From: Candidatus Babeliales bacterium | GTDB lineage: Bacteria; Babelota; Babeliae; Babelales; JBFXEV01 | DNA length: 64,000 bases | NCBI GenBank assembly: GCA_050179755.1 | Contig: JBFXEV010000001.1 | Coordinates: forward strand, 297,994-361,993 | Direction of reading: 5' to 3' | Shown: one piece after another, positions 1 through 9,565 of the stretch | Position numbering within the stretch: position 1 is the stretch's first letter | Layout of the letters: every line of letters starts with the position of its first letter | Translations under genes and position numbers: made by a program | The notes under the pieces: generated by a model | Databases searched by the model: none | Seen by the model: the letters and a program-made list of their open reading frames with translations, nothing else | Told to the model about the DNA's origin: nothing

Positions 1-1
1 T

Positions 2-586
2 ACCGTCAATCCAATCTGCTTCATCAATATCCGCACCGTATTTTAGCGCACATGCAATTTGTTGCTGTGTGCCTTTTTTTAACGTAATGTGAAATACTCG
101 ATCAAATATCTGGCTGTCATGTGCTGCAATATGCGTTGCAAGTATGAGATCACGTATTTCATCACTATTGTTATAATTAAACGCAATCTCTACATCATCT
201 GTTTTTGGCACGCAACCACTATTAAGCAGTGCTTTGCATGCATCCGCTTTCCCGTGTTGTAAGGCAGACCCTAATGGTTTATCTATTGGAAGATCATAAG
301 TCCGTCTCCTTAGGTGCCTCTCCGGATCAACGCCTAAGCCAATAAGGTCTGTTATTTTTTGACCATCATCTTGTTGTATTGCCTGCTCAAGTTCTTTGTA
401 TAATTGGTTGCTCTTCCACCAAAACCATAGAGGAGTGGTTATGTTGGTGCGCATCCATACCTTCACACCACCATCACAACAATATTTTTTATCTCGTTTT
501 GTAACAACCTGATTCTTGGTATTCATGGCTAACGTTAATTGCCCGATACAGAGAAACATCATGATTGCTGCATAAAGTGATCGCAT
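2..586 (-). CDS. Secreted ankyrin-like protein; C-terminus runs off the window start (not in ORF track)
   Basis: Manual translation from ATG at 586: MRSLYAAIMMFLCIGQLTLAMNTK...KPLGSALQHGKADACKALLNSG...ALKYGADID, open to the window edge; degenerate ankyrin-like motifs. Confidence 0.6.
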   Translation of the reverse strand, partial: MRSLYAAIMMFLCIGQLTLAMNTKNQVVTKRDKKYCCDGGVKVWMRTNITTPLWFWWKSNQLYKELEQAIQQDDGQKITDLIGLGVDPERHLRRRTYDLPIDKPLGSALQHGKADACKALLNSGCVPKTDDVEIAFNYNNSDEIRDLILATHIAAHDSQIFDRVFHITLKKGTQQQIACALKYGADIDEADWIDG

Positions 587-654
587 AAAGCCCTTTGTTA
601 TAACATACTATTGCGCACTCAATCACGCTTTTGATAATCTAAAAGTAACAAACT

Positions 655-1131
655 ATGCATAATAAAGATAGCATGCGAAAGAAACCCATGAGAAAATTAA
701 TTCTTATTTTATTGCTTGTGTCCCCTTTGCATGGTGTACCCATTGCTCAATCGCCATTTATACAAGCAGTATATGAAGGCAATAAGCCTCAAATTGAGTT
801 TCTACTTAAAACCGGCAGCAAAGCCGATGAGATAGATCCTCGCACGGGCAAAACTGCCTTAATGATCGCCGCCGAAACAGGGCACGTTGATGTGGTTGAG
901 CTTCTTCTTGCCAATAGAGCCCTCATTAATGCAACTCATCCTATCACAGGTGAATCAGCTTTAACGCTTGCAGTGCGCAAAGGTCATGGTGACGTGGTGG
1001 CAATGCTTCTTGCAAAAGGTGCTAATATAAAATTAACATTAAAAAATAGCCGTGATACAGCTTATGACATTGCCTTTAAAGAAGGGTATCGTGATATTCT
1101 GAATATGCTTGAAAAGCCTGACCGGCAATAG
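655..1131 (+). CDS. Secreted ankyrin repeat protein (start probably 688, MRKLIL)
   Basis: Repeats GKTALMIAAETGHVDVVELLL and GESALTLAVRKGHGDVVAMLL; hydrophobic N-terminus. Confidence 0.9.
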   Translation: MHNKDSMRKKPMRKLILILLLVSPLHGVPIAQSPFIQAVYEGNKPQIEFLLKTGSKADEIDPRTGKTALMIAAETGHVDVVELLLANRALINATHPITGESALTLAVRKGHGDVVAMLLAKGANIKLTLKNSRDTAYDIAFKEGYRDILNMLEKPDRQ

Positions 1132-1263
1132 GCTCCCCTCTTAATCTTTTCAGCCTGAAATAAAACCATTGTTTTACCTATCTTCCTTTTGGTATCCTAA
1201 AAGTAGGTAATGTACCTATGAATTAAGTAATTTACTGCTTTTAGCAAGAAAGATTAAAAAACC

Positions 1264-1710
1264 ATGAAAAAAGCTTTACTATTCACTCTCGCAGTATTAA
1301 CTCTCTACTCCCCATGGCTTAAAGCAGCAAAAGATGAATTTACTATAATTGATGCTGCGGCTGATGGAAACATGGAGCTTCTGAAAGAGTTAGTACGCAG
1401 TGGTAGCAAAGCCAATCAAATGGATCTAGAAACAGGAGAAACTGCTTTAATGGCAGCAGCACAAGAAGGGCAAACTGCAGCAGTAATCTTTTTGCTTGAA
1501 AAAGGCGCCGATCCTAATAAAATCATGTATGAAAATGGCGAAACTGCACTCATGATAGCAGCACGCGAAGGCCACACCGATATTGTGCGGCATTTACTCA
1601 GAAAAGGCGCCAAACGCCATATAAAAAATAATGAAGGCCAAACAGCGCTTAATATTGCAAACAGCGCTGATCACAAAGACATTGTAAATCTTATAGCAGA
1701 AGATCAATAA
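1264..1710 (+). CDS. Secreted ankyrin repeat protein
   Basis: GETALMAAAQEG, GETALMIAAREGH, GQTALNIA repeats; signal peptide MKKALLFTLAVLTLYSPWLKA. Confidence 0.92.
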   Translation: MKKALLFTLAVLTLYSPWLKAAKDEFTIIDAAADGNMELLKELVRSGSKANQMDLETGETALMAAAQEGQTAAVIFLLEKGADPNKIMYENGETALMIAAREGHTDIVRHLLRKGAKRHIKNNEGQTALNIANSADHKDIVNLIAEDQ

Positions 1711-1877
1711 TTAAAAATATATTTGTATTTTAATTAGCTCATAAAAAGCTTATAATTGTCGTCTTTACGTGGCATGATACCCTCAAAACAATGATCTAAT
1801 CATACTCATATTAATGTACAAACATGTTTTTCCTTGGTATAACAAGACAGAATATATTTTACACCAAGGAATGTTCT

Positions 1878-2045
1878 ATGCATCAAAAAAATCTATTCTT
1901 ATGTTTACTTTTTCTGTGCTTCTATTATTCATCAATCACGCTTTGCAAGGATCCTTATAAACAATCTTCTCAATATACTTTTGGCAAATTAGATATAGAA
2001 AATGATTATAAAGTTCCATCCAGCTTATACTGGATAAATCAGTAA
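1878..2045 (+). pseudogene. Short or truncated secreted-protein remnant
   Basis: AAGGA RBS at 1866, ATG 1878, signal-like MHQKNLFLCLLFLCFYYSSITLC, stop after ~55 codons. Confidence 0.35.
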
Positions 2046-2090
2046 AAGAACAAAAGCCCACTGAGTGAACTTTCGTATCAAAAAATTTAA

Positions 2091-3686
2091 TTAAGCCACA
2101 CCCAATGCAGAAACGCACGGCTGCATACCAAGTAATTCATATACCTCTTGCCCAGACATCGTCTCTTTTTCAAGCAATGCTTGTGCAAGCGTATCAAGCA
2201 TAGTTTTATTTTTCGTTAAGAGTTCAGTAGCGCGTTGTAACCCTTGCTCAAGAATAGATTGAATCTCTTGATCAATCAACATTCTCGTGTGTTCAGAATA
2301 AGCATTTGGATTGTTCTGCGTATTATAAATTACTGGCCCAAGTTTTTCTGACATGCCCCAATTGCATACCATAAGGCGTGCCATAGCAGTAGCTTGCGCA
2401 AAATCACTTTCAGCTCCCGCACCAATCATGCCACATGCAAGCGATTCTGCTGCTCTGCCGCCCATGCACATTGCAATAGAGGCAAGACACATCTCTTTAC
2501 TTTGGGAATACTTTTCACGATCTGGTATATGATAGGTAACACCAAGCGCAGGCCCGTGTGGAGCAATAGTCACTTTATACAGCGGATCAATATGCTCATG
2601 CGGCATTAACATACCCACTAAAGCATGCCCTGCTTCATGATACGCGGTTAATTTAAGTTCTTCTTTTGAAGGGAAAATTGTTTTTGATCGTTGGCCAATA
2701 ATAATACGATCACGCGCAGTATCAAGATCTGCCATAGTAACCGCAAGTTTATCTTCTTTGGTTGCAATCATTGCAGCTTCATTAATTAAACCTGCAAGAT
2801 CTGCACCCGACCAACCAGTAGTTCCGTGTGCAATTTTAGAAAAATCCACATCAATGCTCATTTGAACTTTGGCTGCATGAATTTTTAATATCTGTTCTCT
2901 GCTTTTAACATCTGGATATGGCACGTGCACTACTTTGTCAAACCTACCCGGGCGTAATAATGCCTTATCTAAGATATCTGCTCTATTGGTTGCGCCGATA
3001 ACAATAACGCTATTCTCTTTAGTGGAAAAGCCATCCATTTCAGTAAGCAATTGATTAAGCGTTTGTTCACTCTCGCCAGAACTGAAAGGACTATTTGTGC
3101 GAGCTTGGCCCAAAGCATCAAACTCATCAATAAAAATAATGCAAGGAGCATATTGACGAGCTTTTGCAAAAAGAGCGCGAATACGGGCAGCGCCTAAACC
3201 AATATAAACTTCTTCAAAGGCAGAACCACTTATAGCAAAAAACGGAACGCCTGCCTCACCCGCTATTGCTTTTGCAAGAAGCGTTTTACCGTTTCCTGGA
3301 TTACCTTCAAGTAATATGCCGCGATTCATGTGAGCGCCAAGCCTTTTATATTTTTCAGGTTCTTTTAAGAAATTAACGATATCTTGTAATTCATCTTTTG
3401 CTTCATGTGCCCCTGCAACATCTCTAAAAGTAATATTAGGTGAAATGTGCTCAACAATTTCAGCACCTTTTTTTGTTGCGTTCATCTGCTTATCTATCGA
3501 CAATTTTTGAAAAATAGCAGTCATCAACAGTGTGCTTGCAATTAAACACGTTGCAGGATATTTTTCTATAAAATTACCTACTTTTGCAAGTTGATCAGTA
3601 ACAGAAAATGCCTGTGTAGAAACAGGCAAAGCCGCACTTGCTATCAGCAAAGATAAGCAAAACAACGATTTAATTTTTTGTGTCAT
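2091..3686 (-). CDS. ftsH: FtsH-family AAA+ zinc metalloprotease with short N-terminus
   Basis: TFRDVAG, Walker A GNPGNGKT, Walker B IIFIDEFD, SRH ATNRADILDKALLRPGRFD, HEAGH zinc motif. Confidence 0.92.
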   Translation of the reverse strand: MTQKIKSLFCLSLLIASAALPVSTQAFSVTDQLAKVGNFIEKYPATCLIASTLLMTAIFQKLSIDKQMNATKKGAEIVEHISPNITFRDVAGAHEAKDELQDIVNFLKEPEKYKRLGAHMNRGILLEGNPGNGKTLLAKAIAGEAGVPFFAISGSAFEEVYIGLGAARIRALFAKARQYAPCIIFIDEFDALGQARTNSPFSSGESEQTLNQLLTEMDGFSTKENSVIVIGATNRADILDKALLRPGRFDKVVHVPYPDVKSREQILKIHAAKVQMSIDVDFSKIAHGTTGWSGADLAGLINEAAMIATKEDKLAVTMADLDTARDRIIIGQRSKTIFPSKEELKLTAYHEAGHALVGMLMPHEHIDPLYKVTIAPHGPALGVTYHIPDREKYSQSKEMCLASIAMCMGGRAAESLACGMIGAGAESDFAQATAMARLMVCNWGMSEKLGPVIYNTQNNPNAYSEHTRMLIDQEIQSILEQGLQRATELLTKNKTMLDTLAQALLEKETMSGQEVYELLGMQPCVSALGVA

Positions 3687-3747
3687 TAGGATTACTTCCT
3701 TATATTAATTAATTTATTTACTCGAAAATGGGTACTAAAAATATTTC

Positions 3748-4374
3748 TTACCAAGCGTGAGTAGATAAAACATCCCACTGGTAAACCCGATTAGCTATTT
3801 CGTTTACTGTGTATGCCATACCTTGCCCTCTTTGGCAAAGCGAATCCAATTTTGCTGTTAAAGGCATTAAAAGAACTTTATCTTCTGAAGAATTGCTCAT
3901 CCGTTGTTGAATATCTTCAGCCATAACTTTGAGCATTGCTAATCTATTTGAGATAAGCTCATGCAGTAGTTCCAAGCTCCAAAAATGATCTATAAATATA
4001 GCATGCAATTCTTTTAATGAGAGATCTTTTTTTTGATCCGCTATCATTTTAGTTATTAACTTACCTGATGGGCAATTGCGTATTTTCTCAAAGGAAGTTT
4101 CAACTTCCAATAAATGTAATTCAATATAGTTGCATAACTCTTTTTGCTCTAAAGACTGAGCATGCTTGCTCTCGTATTTAGTTCGATCCGCAATATCGGC
4201 AAGACCAGCTTCTTGCTTAATTTCATAGCTCTCTTCATCAAAACAAATCTCTTCTTCTAAATAGTTATCTTCTTCATTGGTTTGATCTACCGCAGCGAAT
4301 GCGAGAATTGGTGTCTTAAAACAGAAAATGCTGAGAGCTGCTAACACTAATGACTTAAAATTTGACATTAACAT
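3748..4374 (-). CDS. Secreted helical hypothetical protein
   Basis: 208 aa ORF, signal-like N-terminus, acidic stretch, GGGGA RBS upstream. Confidence 0.7.
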   Translation of the reverse strand: MLMSNFKSLVLAALSIFCFKTPILAFAAVDQTNEEDNYLEEEICFDEESYEIKQEAGLADIADRTKYESKHAQSLEQKELCNYIELHLLEVETSFEKIRNCPSGKLITKMIADQKKDLSLKELHAIFIDHFWSLELLHELISNRLAMLKVMAEDIQQRMSNSSEDKVLLMPLTAKLDSLCQRGQGMAYTVNEIANRVYQWDVLSTHAW

Positions 4375-4390
4375 AGGTTCCCCTTGTGTA

Positions 4391-4422
4391 ATCAGCCGCT
4401 TATATAAAAATAAGCGACTGAT
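4391..4422. terminator. Hairpin, likely terminator (related to hairpin at 6189)
   Basis: atcagccgctta-tataaaaa-taagcgactgat inverted repeat. Confidence 0.5.
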
Positions 4423-4441
4423 ATTTTGTTATTAAACTATT

Positions 4442-5353
4442 TTAAGACTGTACTGTAATTTGTGCACTGCATGCACAGTTAGCGCATTCGCATGCCATTG
4501 CCTTTAAACAATCATGCCCACACGTATGCACGTGTATTTTAACCTGTCGTGTAGGGTTTTGTGCGCGATATTGAGCAACTTTCTCATTGAATTCAGCAGA
4601 TACTTGGCATTCATATCTTGCAGCATATTCGCTCACTATTGAACGCAAAGCTCTAATTTCTACTATGAAAGTTTTAACTTTTTCTCGCTCAGATGCAAAA
4701 TTTGATCTTATCTCATTTTGAGTAATTTCTAATCGACGATTAATATGTGATAAAGCATTTTGAAGCGCAGCTTCTGCTTTGCTTAAATTATACCAATAGT
4801 TTTGCTGTGCAGCAGCACAGAGAAAAGTTAATTCGTTAATAAGTTCTTCACGCACTTCATCTAAAAGTACGTTATGTGTAAGAATACGATTAATTTGAGC
4901 AATACGAGGACCGTCAACTTCATTGACCAATGTTTGAGCCTCTATAACATCAGCGTTAATAAGCTTAAGTAAATCTTCAAAGCTTAATGCATCAATTTGT
5001 GCTTGTGCTTGCGCACGTTCTTTTTCTAGTGCAGCAAAATGGTTATTCAGTTTACGTTGCTGATAGGCATTATCTAATTTGTCTATAATAGCTACAACAG
5101 CGACTACACCAAGCATACCCCCCACTGCAGTGAAATAGCCTGCCGCGAACTGATCTTTTTTTAATGCAGCAACTGCGTTATTCGCTTTTGAATGCACAAA
5201 CGTTACCGATGCCTGAGCCACCTTTTTTGCAGCATCTGCGTATGCAGTTACCGAAAAAGCGTGTACTGATGATTGAGCCATCAATGCTGCAAATATTACA
5301 GCATGAAATGCTTTAGATGTGAAATGCTTAGATTTAAGCATGTGGACCCCCAT
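4442..5353 (-). CDS. Signal peptide + TM + coiled-coil hypothetical with Cys/His-rich tail
   Basis: Signal ending VHA-FSVT, TM segment, helical region, C-terminal HVHTCGHDCLKAMACECANCAC. Confidence 0.7.
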   Translation of the reverse strand: MGVHMLKSKHFTSKAFHAVIFAALMAQSSVHAFSVTAYADAAKKVAQASVTFVHSKANNAVAALKKDQFAAGYFTAVGGMLGVVAVVAIIDKLDNAYQQRKLNNHFAALEKERAQAQAQIDALSFEDLLKLINADVIEAQTLVNEVDGPRIAQINRILTHNVLLDEVREELINELTFLCAAAQQNYWYNLSKAEAALQNALSHINRRLEITQNEIRSNFASEREKVKTFIVEIRALRSIVSEYAARYECQVSAEFNEKVAQYRAQNPTRQVKIHVHTCGHDCLKAMACECANCACSAQITVQS

Positions 5354-5618
5354 AATAATAATTAAAATAGAATATAACCTTGTTCTTACTGTATCTCTTT
5401 TTGTAAAAAAAGCAATTAGATTCTCTCTAAGAAATATGCGTAAAATACAGGTCTATTAGAAACTAGTCAGCCCTATGCTACACCTCTAAAAAACTCTAAG
5501 TATGCCAAATTGTTACAAATAGAAAAAATGCTTGTTTTTAGAGGCTACATTCTGCTACTCTAAGAGTAGAGAGGCGGCGTCAAAAAACTCAATAACTTAA
5601 CCCTTTTAAGGATGTACC

Positions 5619-6143
5619 ATGAAAAAGAATCTGACACTCATTATGATCATGACTTTTGGCTTAATTAACGCAGCGGATATAAATACTGAAGGCACTCAAT
5701 CTAAACCTGTAGAAGTTAATGTCACGGTGAAAGGCGACCCTGCAAAATGGCAGGCTGCTACCAATGACAAGCTCTCTCTATTTGAAGCTGCGCAAATAGG
5801 CGATGTGATCCAGGTTATGAACCTGCTGAATAAAGGTGTAAAAGCTAATGTTATTGATTTTAATTCAGGTAAAAGCCCTTTAATGCTTGCAGCTGAAGGC
5901 GGTTTTTCGGATATAGTGCAACTATTAATTACAAAAGGTGCCGATGTTAATAAAAGAACATTTAGTTCTGGTGCAACTGCTTTAATGCTTGCTGCACATA
6001 ACGGCCATACCGAAGTAGTTAAAATCCTACTCAAAAACAAAGCGGATAAAAACGCACGAACATTCAATGGCAGTCTGACAGCAGCTCAAATAGCAAAAAA
6101 TGCTAACCACTCTGATATTGTTAATTTATTAAACGCTAAGTAA
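5619..6143 (+). CDS. Secreted ankyrin repeat protein
   Basis: GKSPLMLAAEGG, GATALMLAAHNGHTEVVKILL; signal peptide; AAGGA RBS. Confidence 0.92.
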   Translation: MKKNLTLIMIMTFGLINAADINTEGTQSKPVEVNVTVKGDPAKWQAATNDKLSLFEAAQIGDVIQVMNLLNKGVKANVIDFNSGKSPLMLAAEGGFSDIVQLLITKGADVNKRTFSSGATALMLAAHNGHTEVVKILLKNKADKNARTFNGSLTAAQIAKNANHSDIVNLLNAK

Positions 6144-6188
6144 AAAATGATGCAATCAAATAAATTACTAGAAACCTCTTTTAATGCA

Positions 6189-6219
6189 ATCAGCCGCTTA
6201 CACTGGGTAAACGGCTGAT
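6189..6219. terminator. Hairpin between convergent genes
   Basis: atcagccgctta-cactggg-taaacggctgat. Confidence 0.55.
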
Positions 6220-6257
6220 AATTATACGGAGCTAAGAAAGACGCTTGATTACTACTC

Positions 6258-7511
6258 TCAACCCTTTTCCATCGCATCACGCATATACGTAGGCACGTCA
6301 AGATCATTAAGATCAATAATTTCGGGCGCTGCAGATTTAACCGGTTCAACAGCCTTTGGCTGCGCTGCTACCTCTTGATTTACTGGTTCTGCTTCTAAAT
6401 GCATTTGCGGCGAAACTGATTCTTCAAGTTCATCACGCAAAGAAGCCACTACATGCATTTCTTCTACGTGCTTTACGTGCTCTTCTCGTGCCTGCTGCTT
6501 AACAGATTGCTGATAAACAAGCTGATTATATACTGATGATTGTTTGGCTACTTTATCAAAGCCAGTTGCAATCACGGTAACTATCACTTCATCACCAAGC
6601 GAATGGTCAATAACAGAGCCTAATATTATGGTTGCATTTTCATCTGCTTGTTCATAAATAATAGAGGCCGCCTTGCTCATTTCATGCAAGCTTAAACTTG
6701 CACCACCTGAAATATTAAGGAGCACACCACGAGCACCCTCAATAGACATATTTTCAAGAAGCGGTGACGTTATTGCATGAAGCGCAGCTTCTTCTGCTCG
6801 ATCTGGCCCTGATGCTCTACCAGTACCCATTACAGCAAGGCCCATCTCTTTCATGATGGTGCGCACGTCTGCAAAATCAACATTGATGTGACCAGGTTTT
6901 GTAATAATGTCGGCAATACCTTTAACCGACTGACTAAGCACATTATTCATTAATGAAAATGCATCAGTCATAGACATATTTTGGTCAACTTCTTCAAGCA
7001 GCTTTTGATTGGGTAAAATAAGTAACGTATCAACTGCTTGCTTGAGTGTTTCAATGGCTTGTTCTGCAACTGCTGCACGGCGTTTGCCTTCAAATAAAAA
7101 TGGTTTGGTTACCACGGCAATTGTCAAAATGCCCTGCTCGCGCAGAGCGCGCGAAATAACTGGCAATGCGCCAGATCCCGTTCCGCCCCCCATGCCTCCT
7201 GCTAAAAAAACGATATCGGCATCTTGTGTCAGTTCCATTACTTTATCAAGATCTTCCTCGGCAGCTTTTTTGCCCAGTTCAGGATTTGCTCCTGTGCCAA
7301 GACCTTTTGCCGATTTGGCACCTAATTGTATTTTATGATCAGCTTTAGATAAATCGAGTGCTTGCGCATCTGTATTGGCTGCAATAAATTCAATATCTTG
7401 AAATTTTGCTTCTACCATACTATTAATTGTATTACCACCCGCACCACCTATGCCAATCACCTTGATGCAAGCAATCGGTTTTTTGCGCTCATCAAGAGAG
7501 AATTCTAGCAT
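6258..7511 (-). CDS. ftsZ: Cell division protein FtsZ
   Basis: IKVIGIGGAGGN, tubulin signature GGGTGSG, NVDFADV, C-terminal DLDVPTYMR peptide. Confidence 0.98.
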   Translation of the reverse strand: MLEFSLDERKKPIACIKVIGIGGAGGNTINSMVEAKFQDIEFIAANTDAQALDLSKADHKIQLGAKSAKGLGTGANPELGKKAAEEDLDKVMELTQDADIVFLAGGMGGGTGSGALPVISRALREQGILTIAVVTKPFLFEGKRRAAVAEQAIETLKQAVDTLLILPNQKLLEEVDQNMSMTDAFSLMNNVLSQSVKGIADIITKPGHINVDFADVRTIMKEMGLAVMGTGRASGPDRAEEAALHAITSPLLENMSIEGARGVLLNISGGASLSLHEMSKAASIIYEQADENATIILGSVIDHSLGDEVIVTVIATGFDKVAKQSSVYNQLVYQQSVKQQAREEHVKHVEEMHVVASLRDELEESVSPQMHLEAEPVNQEVAAQPKAVEPVKSAAPEIIDLNDLDVPTYMRDAMEKG

Positions 7512-7534
7512 AACCTACCCCTTTATTTAGAACA

Positions 7535-8770
7535 TTAAAAAAAGTCCGCTACCCAGGATTTCATACGACTCATGATGCGCCCGGAAAATCCGCTACTCAT
7601 TTGTCCGTTGTTAGTATCCATTTTTTTAAGCGCAAAACGCAAGAGTCCATACCCGGTTGCATACATAGGATGATCAATAAGCGTAGAAAGCTCGCGTGAC
7701 GTGCGCGGGCTTGCACACCGCACCGGTAAATTAAATATTTCTTGTGCAAGTTGATCTATACCACGCAACATTGAACCACCACCGGTTATCACCAAACCAG
7801 TAGGCATCATGCCTGCTACTTGGTTTTCAACCAAATTATCATGTACTAATGTTAAAAGCTCACGCACGCGAGGCTCTATAATGCGCATGATATGTGAAAG
7901 TTGCACTTGTTGCGTATTCACTCCTTCAACGCGTTGTATGGTGACGCCGCTATCTTCTACAATTTGCGATACTGCCGCATGACCATATTCTTTTTTAATT
8001 CGCTCAGCATCAGCAAGCGTTGTTTTAAGACAAACTGCCACGTCTGCCGTAATACGATTTCCTGCAACAGGCAATACATACGTGTGTTTAATAGCGCCAT
8101 TATTGTATAATGCAAAATCTGATGTGCCGCCACCAATATCAAGCATGCCAACGCCAAGTTGGCGTTCATCATCACTTAATACGGCTTCAGCTGAAGCCAA
8201 TTGCTCAAGCACTACGTCTGCCACTTTTACACCAGCAAGCTCACAACATTTAATAAGATTTTGTACTGAGGCTACCGACCCCGTGATCACATGCACTTGC
8301 GCTTCCAAACGTATACCATGCATACCACGCGGCGTTTGAATTTTATCGGTGCCATCAATAATAAAAAACTGTGGTAATACGTGCAAAATCTGCTGGCCTT
8401 CTGGAAGAGCAATTGCCTTTGCAGAATCTATCACGTTTGCTATATCAGCATCAGTAATTTCACCGCGTTTAATGGGTACAACGCCATGGGAATTATAGGC
8501 GTGAATATGAGAACCTGCAATACCCACGTAGGCAGATTCTATGCTAATACCGCTCATCAACTCAGCTTCACGTACGGCGGTTTTTATTGATTGCACTGTT
8601 TTTGCAATATCAACCACCACACCTTTTGCAAGGCCTTCTGATGGCGCTTTACCAATTCCTATGATATCAACTAATTCAGACCCCACATATTGTGCTATTA
8701 ATACGCAAATTTTAGTAGTTCCTACATCAATTGCTACAATATGACGATCAGCACCGACTAATGATCTCAT
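7535..8770 (-). CDS. ftsA: Cell division protein FtsA
   Basis: AIDVGTTKI, LDIGGGTSD, VITGGGSML, C-terminal amphipathic helix WVADFF; directly upstream of ftsZ. Confidence 0.97.
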   Translation of the reverse strand: MRSLVGADRHIVAIDVGTTKICVLIAQYVGSELVDIIGIGKAPSEGLAKGVVVDIAKTVQSIKTAVREAELMSGISIESAYVGIAGSHIHAYNSHGVVPIKRGEITDADIANVIDSAKAIALPEGQQILHVLPQFFIIDGTDKIQTPRGMHGIRLEAQVHVITGSVASVQNLIKCCELAGVKVADVVLEQLASAEAVLSDDERQLGVGMLDIGGGTSDFALYNNGAIKHTYVLPVAGNRITADVAVCLKTTLADAERIKKEYGHAAVSQIVEDSGVTIQRVEGVNTQQVQLSHIMRIIEPRVRELLTLVHDNLVENQVAGMMPTGLVITGGGSMLRGIDQLAQEIFNLPVRCASPRTSRELSTLIDHPMYATGYGLLRFALKKMDTNNGQMSSGFSGRIMSRMKSWVADFF

Positions 8771-9446
8771 CGCCCCCCCTTTTTTTTACAAGAATAATTT
8801 GCTCATCAAAACGAATATCTGCATTACATTTACTACTTGCAAGTTCCATGCCTTTATCAATTTTTTTACTATTTATAACGGTTTGATTATCAGCAACAAC
8901 CGTATGTCCCGTTACTTTATCTGCAACAATACATTGAGTTGCATCACACCACGAAAAAGCATAATTTTCAAACAAATGGGGTGCCATCATTTGCGCCGAA
9001 TGCACCAGCGCCTTACGTTGTATTCGATCGGTAAACACGCGATCATGCACCTTAAACGCTACCACAGGTTTATCAACATAGTATTCAGCACATACTACCG
9101 AGGCATTGCTCACCAGCACATGATCATTATTCAAAACAGCAAGCGCTTGATGTGGTTCTATACGCACCATCGCATGGCCAATGCGCGAATAGCGAACGGT
9201 GCACGATTTAACCCAAGAAAATTCTTCAACCAATTTTTGAGGCTCAAAGCTCACTTCAGGATGCTGCTTACACCAAGCAGTAAGTTTTTCTACCGCACAA
9301 GGCGCAAGCTGTGAATCACACACCACTTCTAGATGAGGCATGCGTTGCAAGTATCTTTTGATACTTCTGCACACAACAAAAAATCCTAGACAAGAAACAA
9401 GAAGAATGGACCCTACCATGCGCACAGACCATTTTGATGTTTTCAC
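8748..9446 (-). CDS. Divergent FtsQ/DivIB-like protein
   Basis: Single N-terminal TM, POTRA-like WVKSCTVR...VRIEPHQALA, C-terminal ADIRFDEQII, position before ftsA. Confidence 0.6.
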   Translation of the reverse strand: MKTSKWSVRMVGSILLVSCLGFFVVCRSIKRYLQRMPHLEVVCDSQLAPCAVEKLTAWCKQHPEVSFEPQKLVEEFSWVKSCTVRYSRIGHAMVRIEPHQALAVLNNDHVLVSNASVVCAEYYVDKPVVAFKVHDRVFTDRIQRKALVHSAQMMAPHLFENYAFSWCDATQCIVADKVTGHTVVADNQTVINSKKIDKGMELASSKCNADIRFDEQIILVKKRGGDEIISRC

Positions 9447-9565
9447 GAGACCCGCCCTTTACTACCAAATTATCAAGCAAACATCTTTTACTTTTTTTAT
9501 ACTATTTTCTCGTTGCAATAGTCAATAATTGGAGAGAAAAGCGGGGAAGAAATATGATAACTAGG

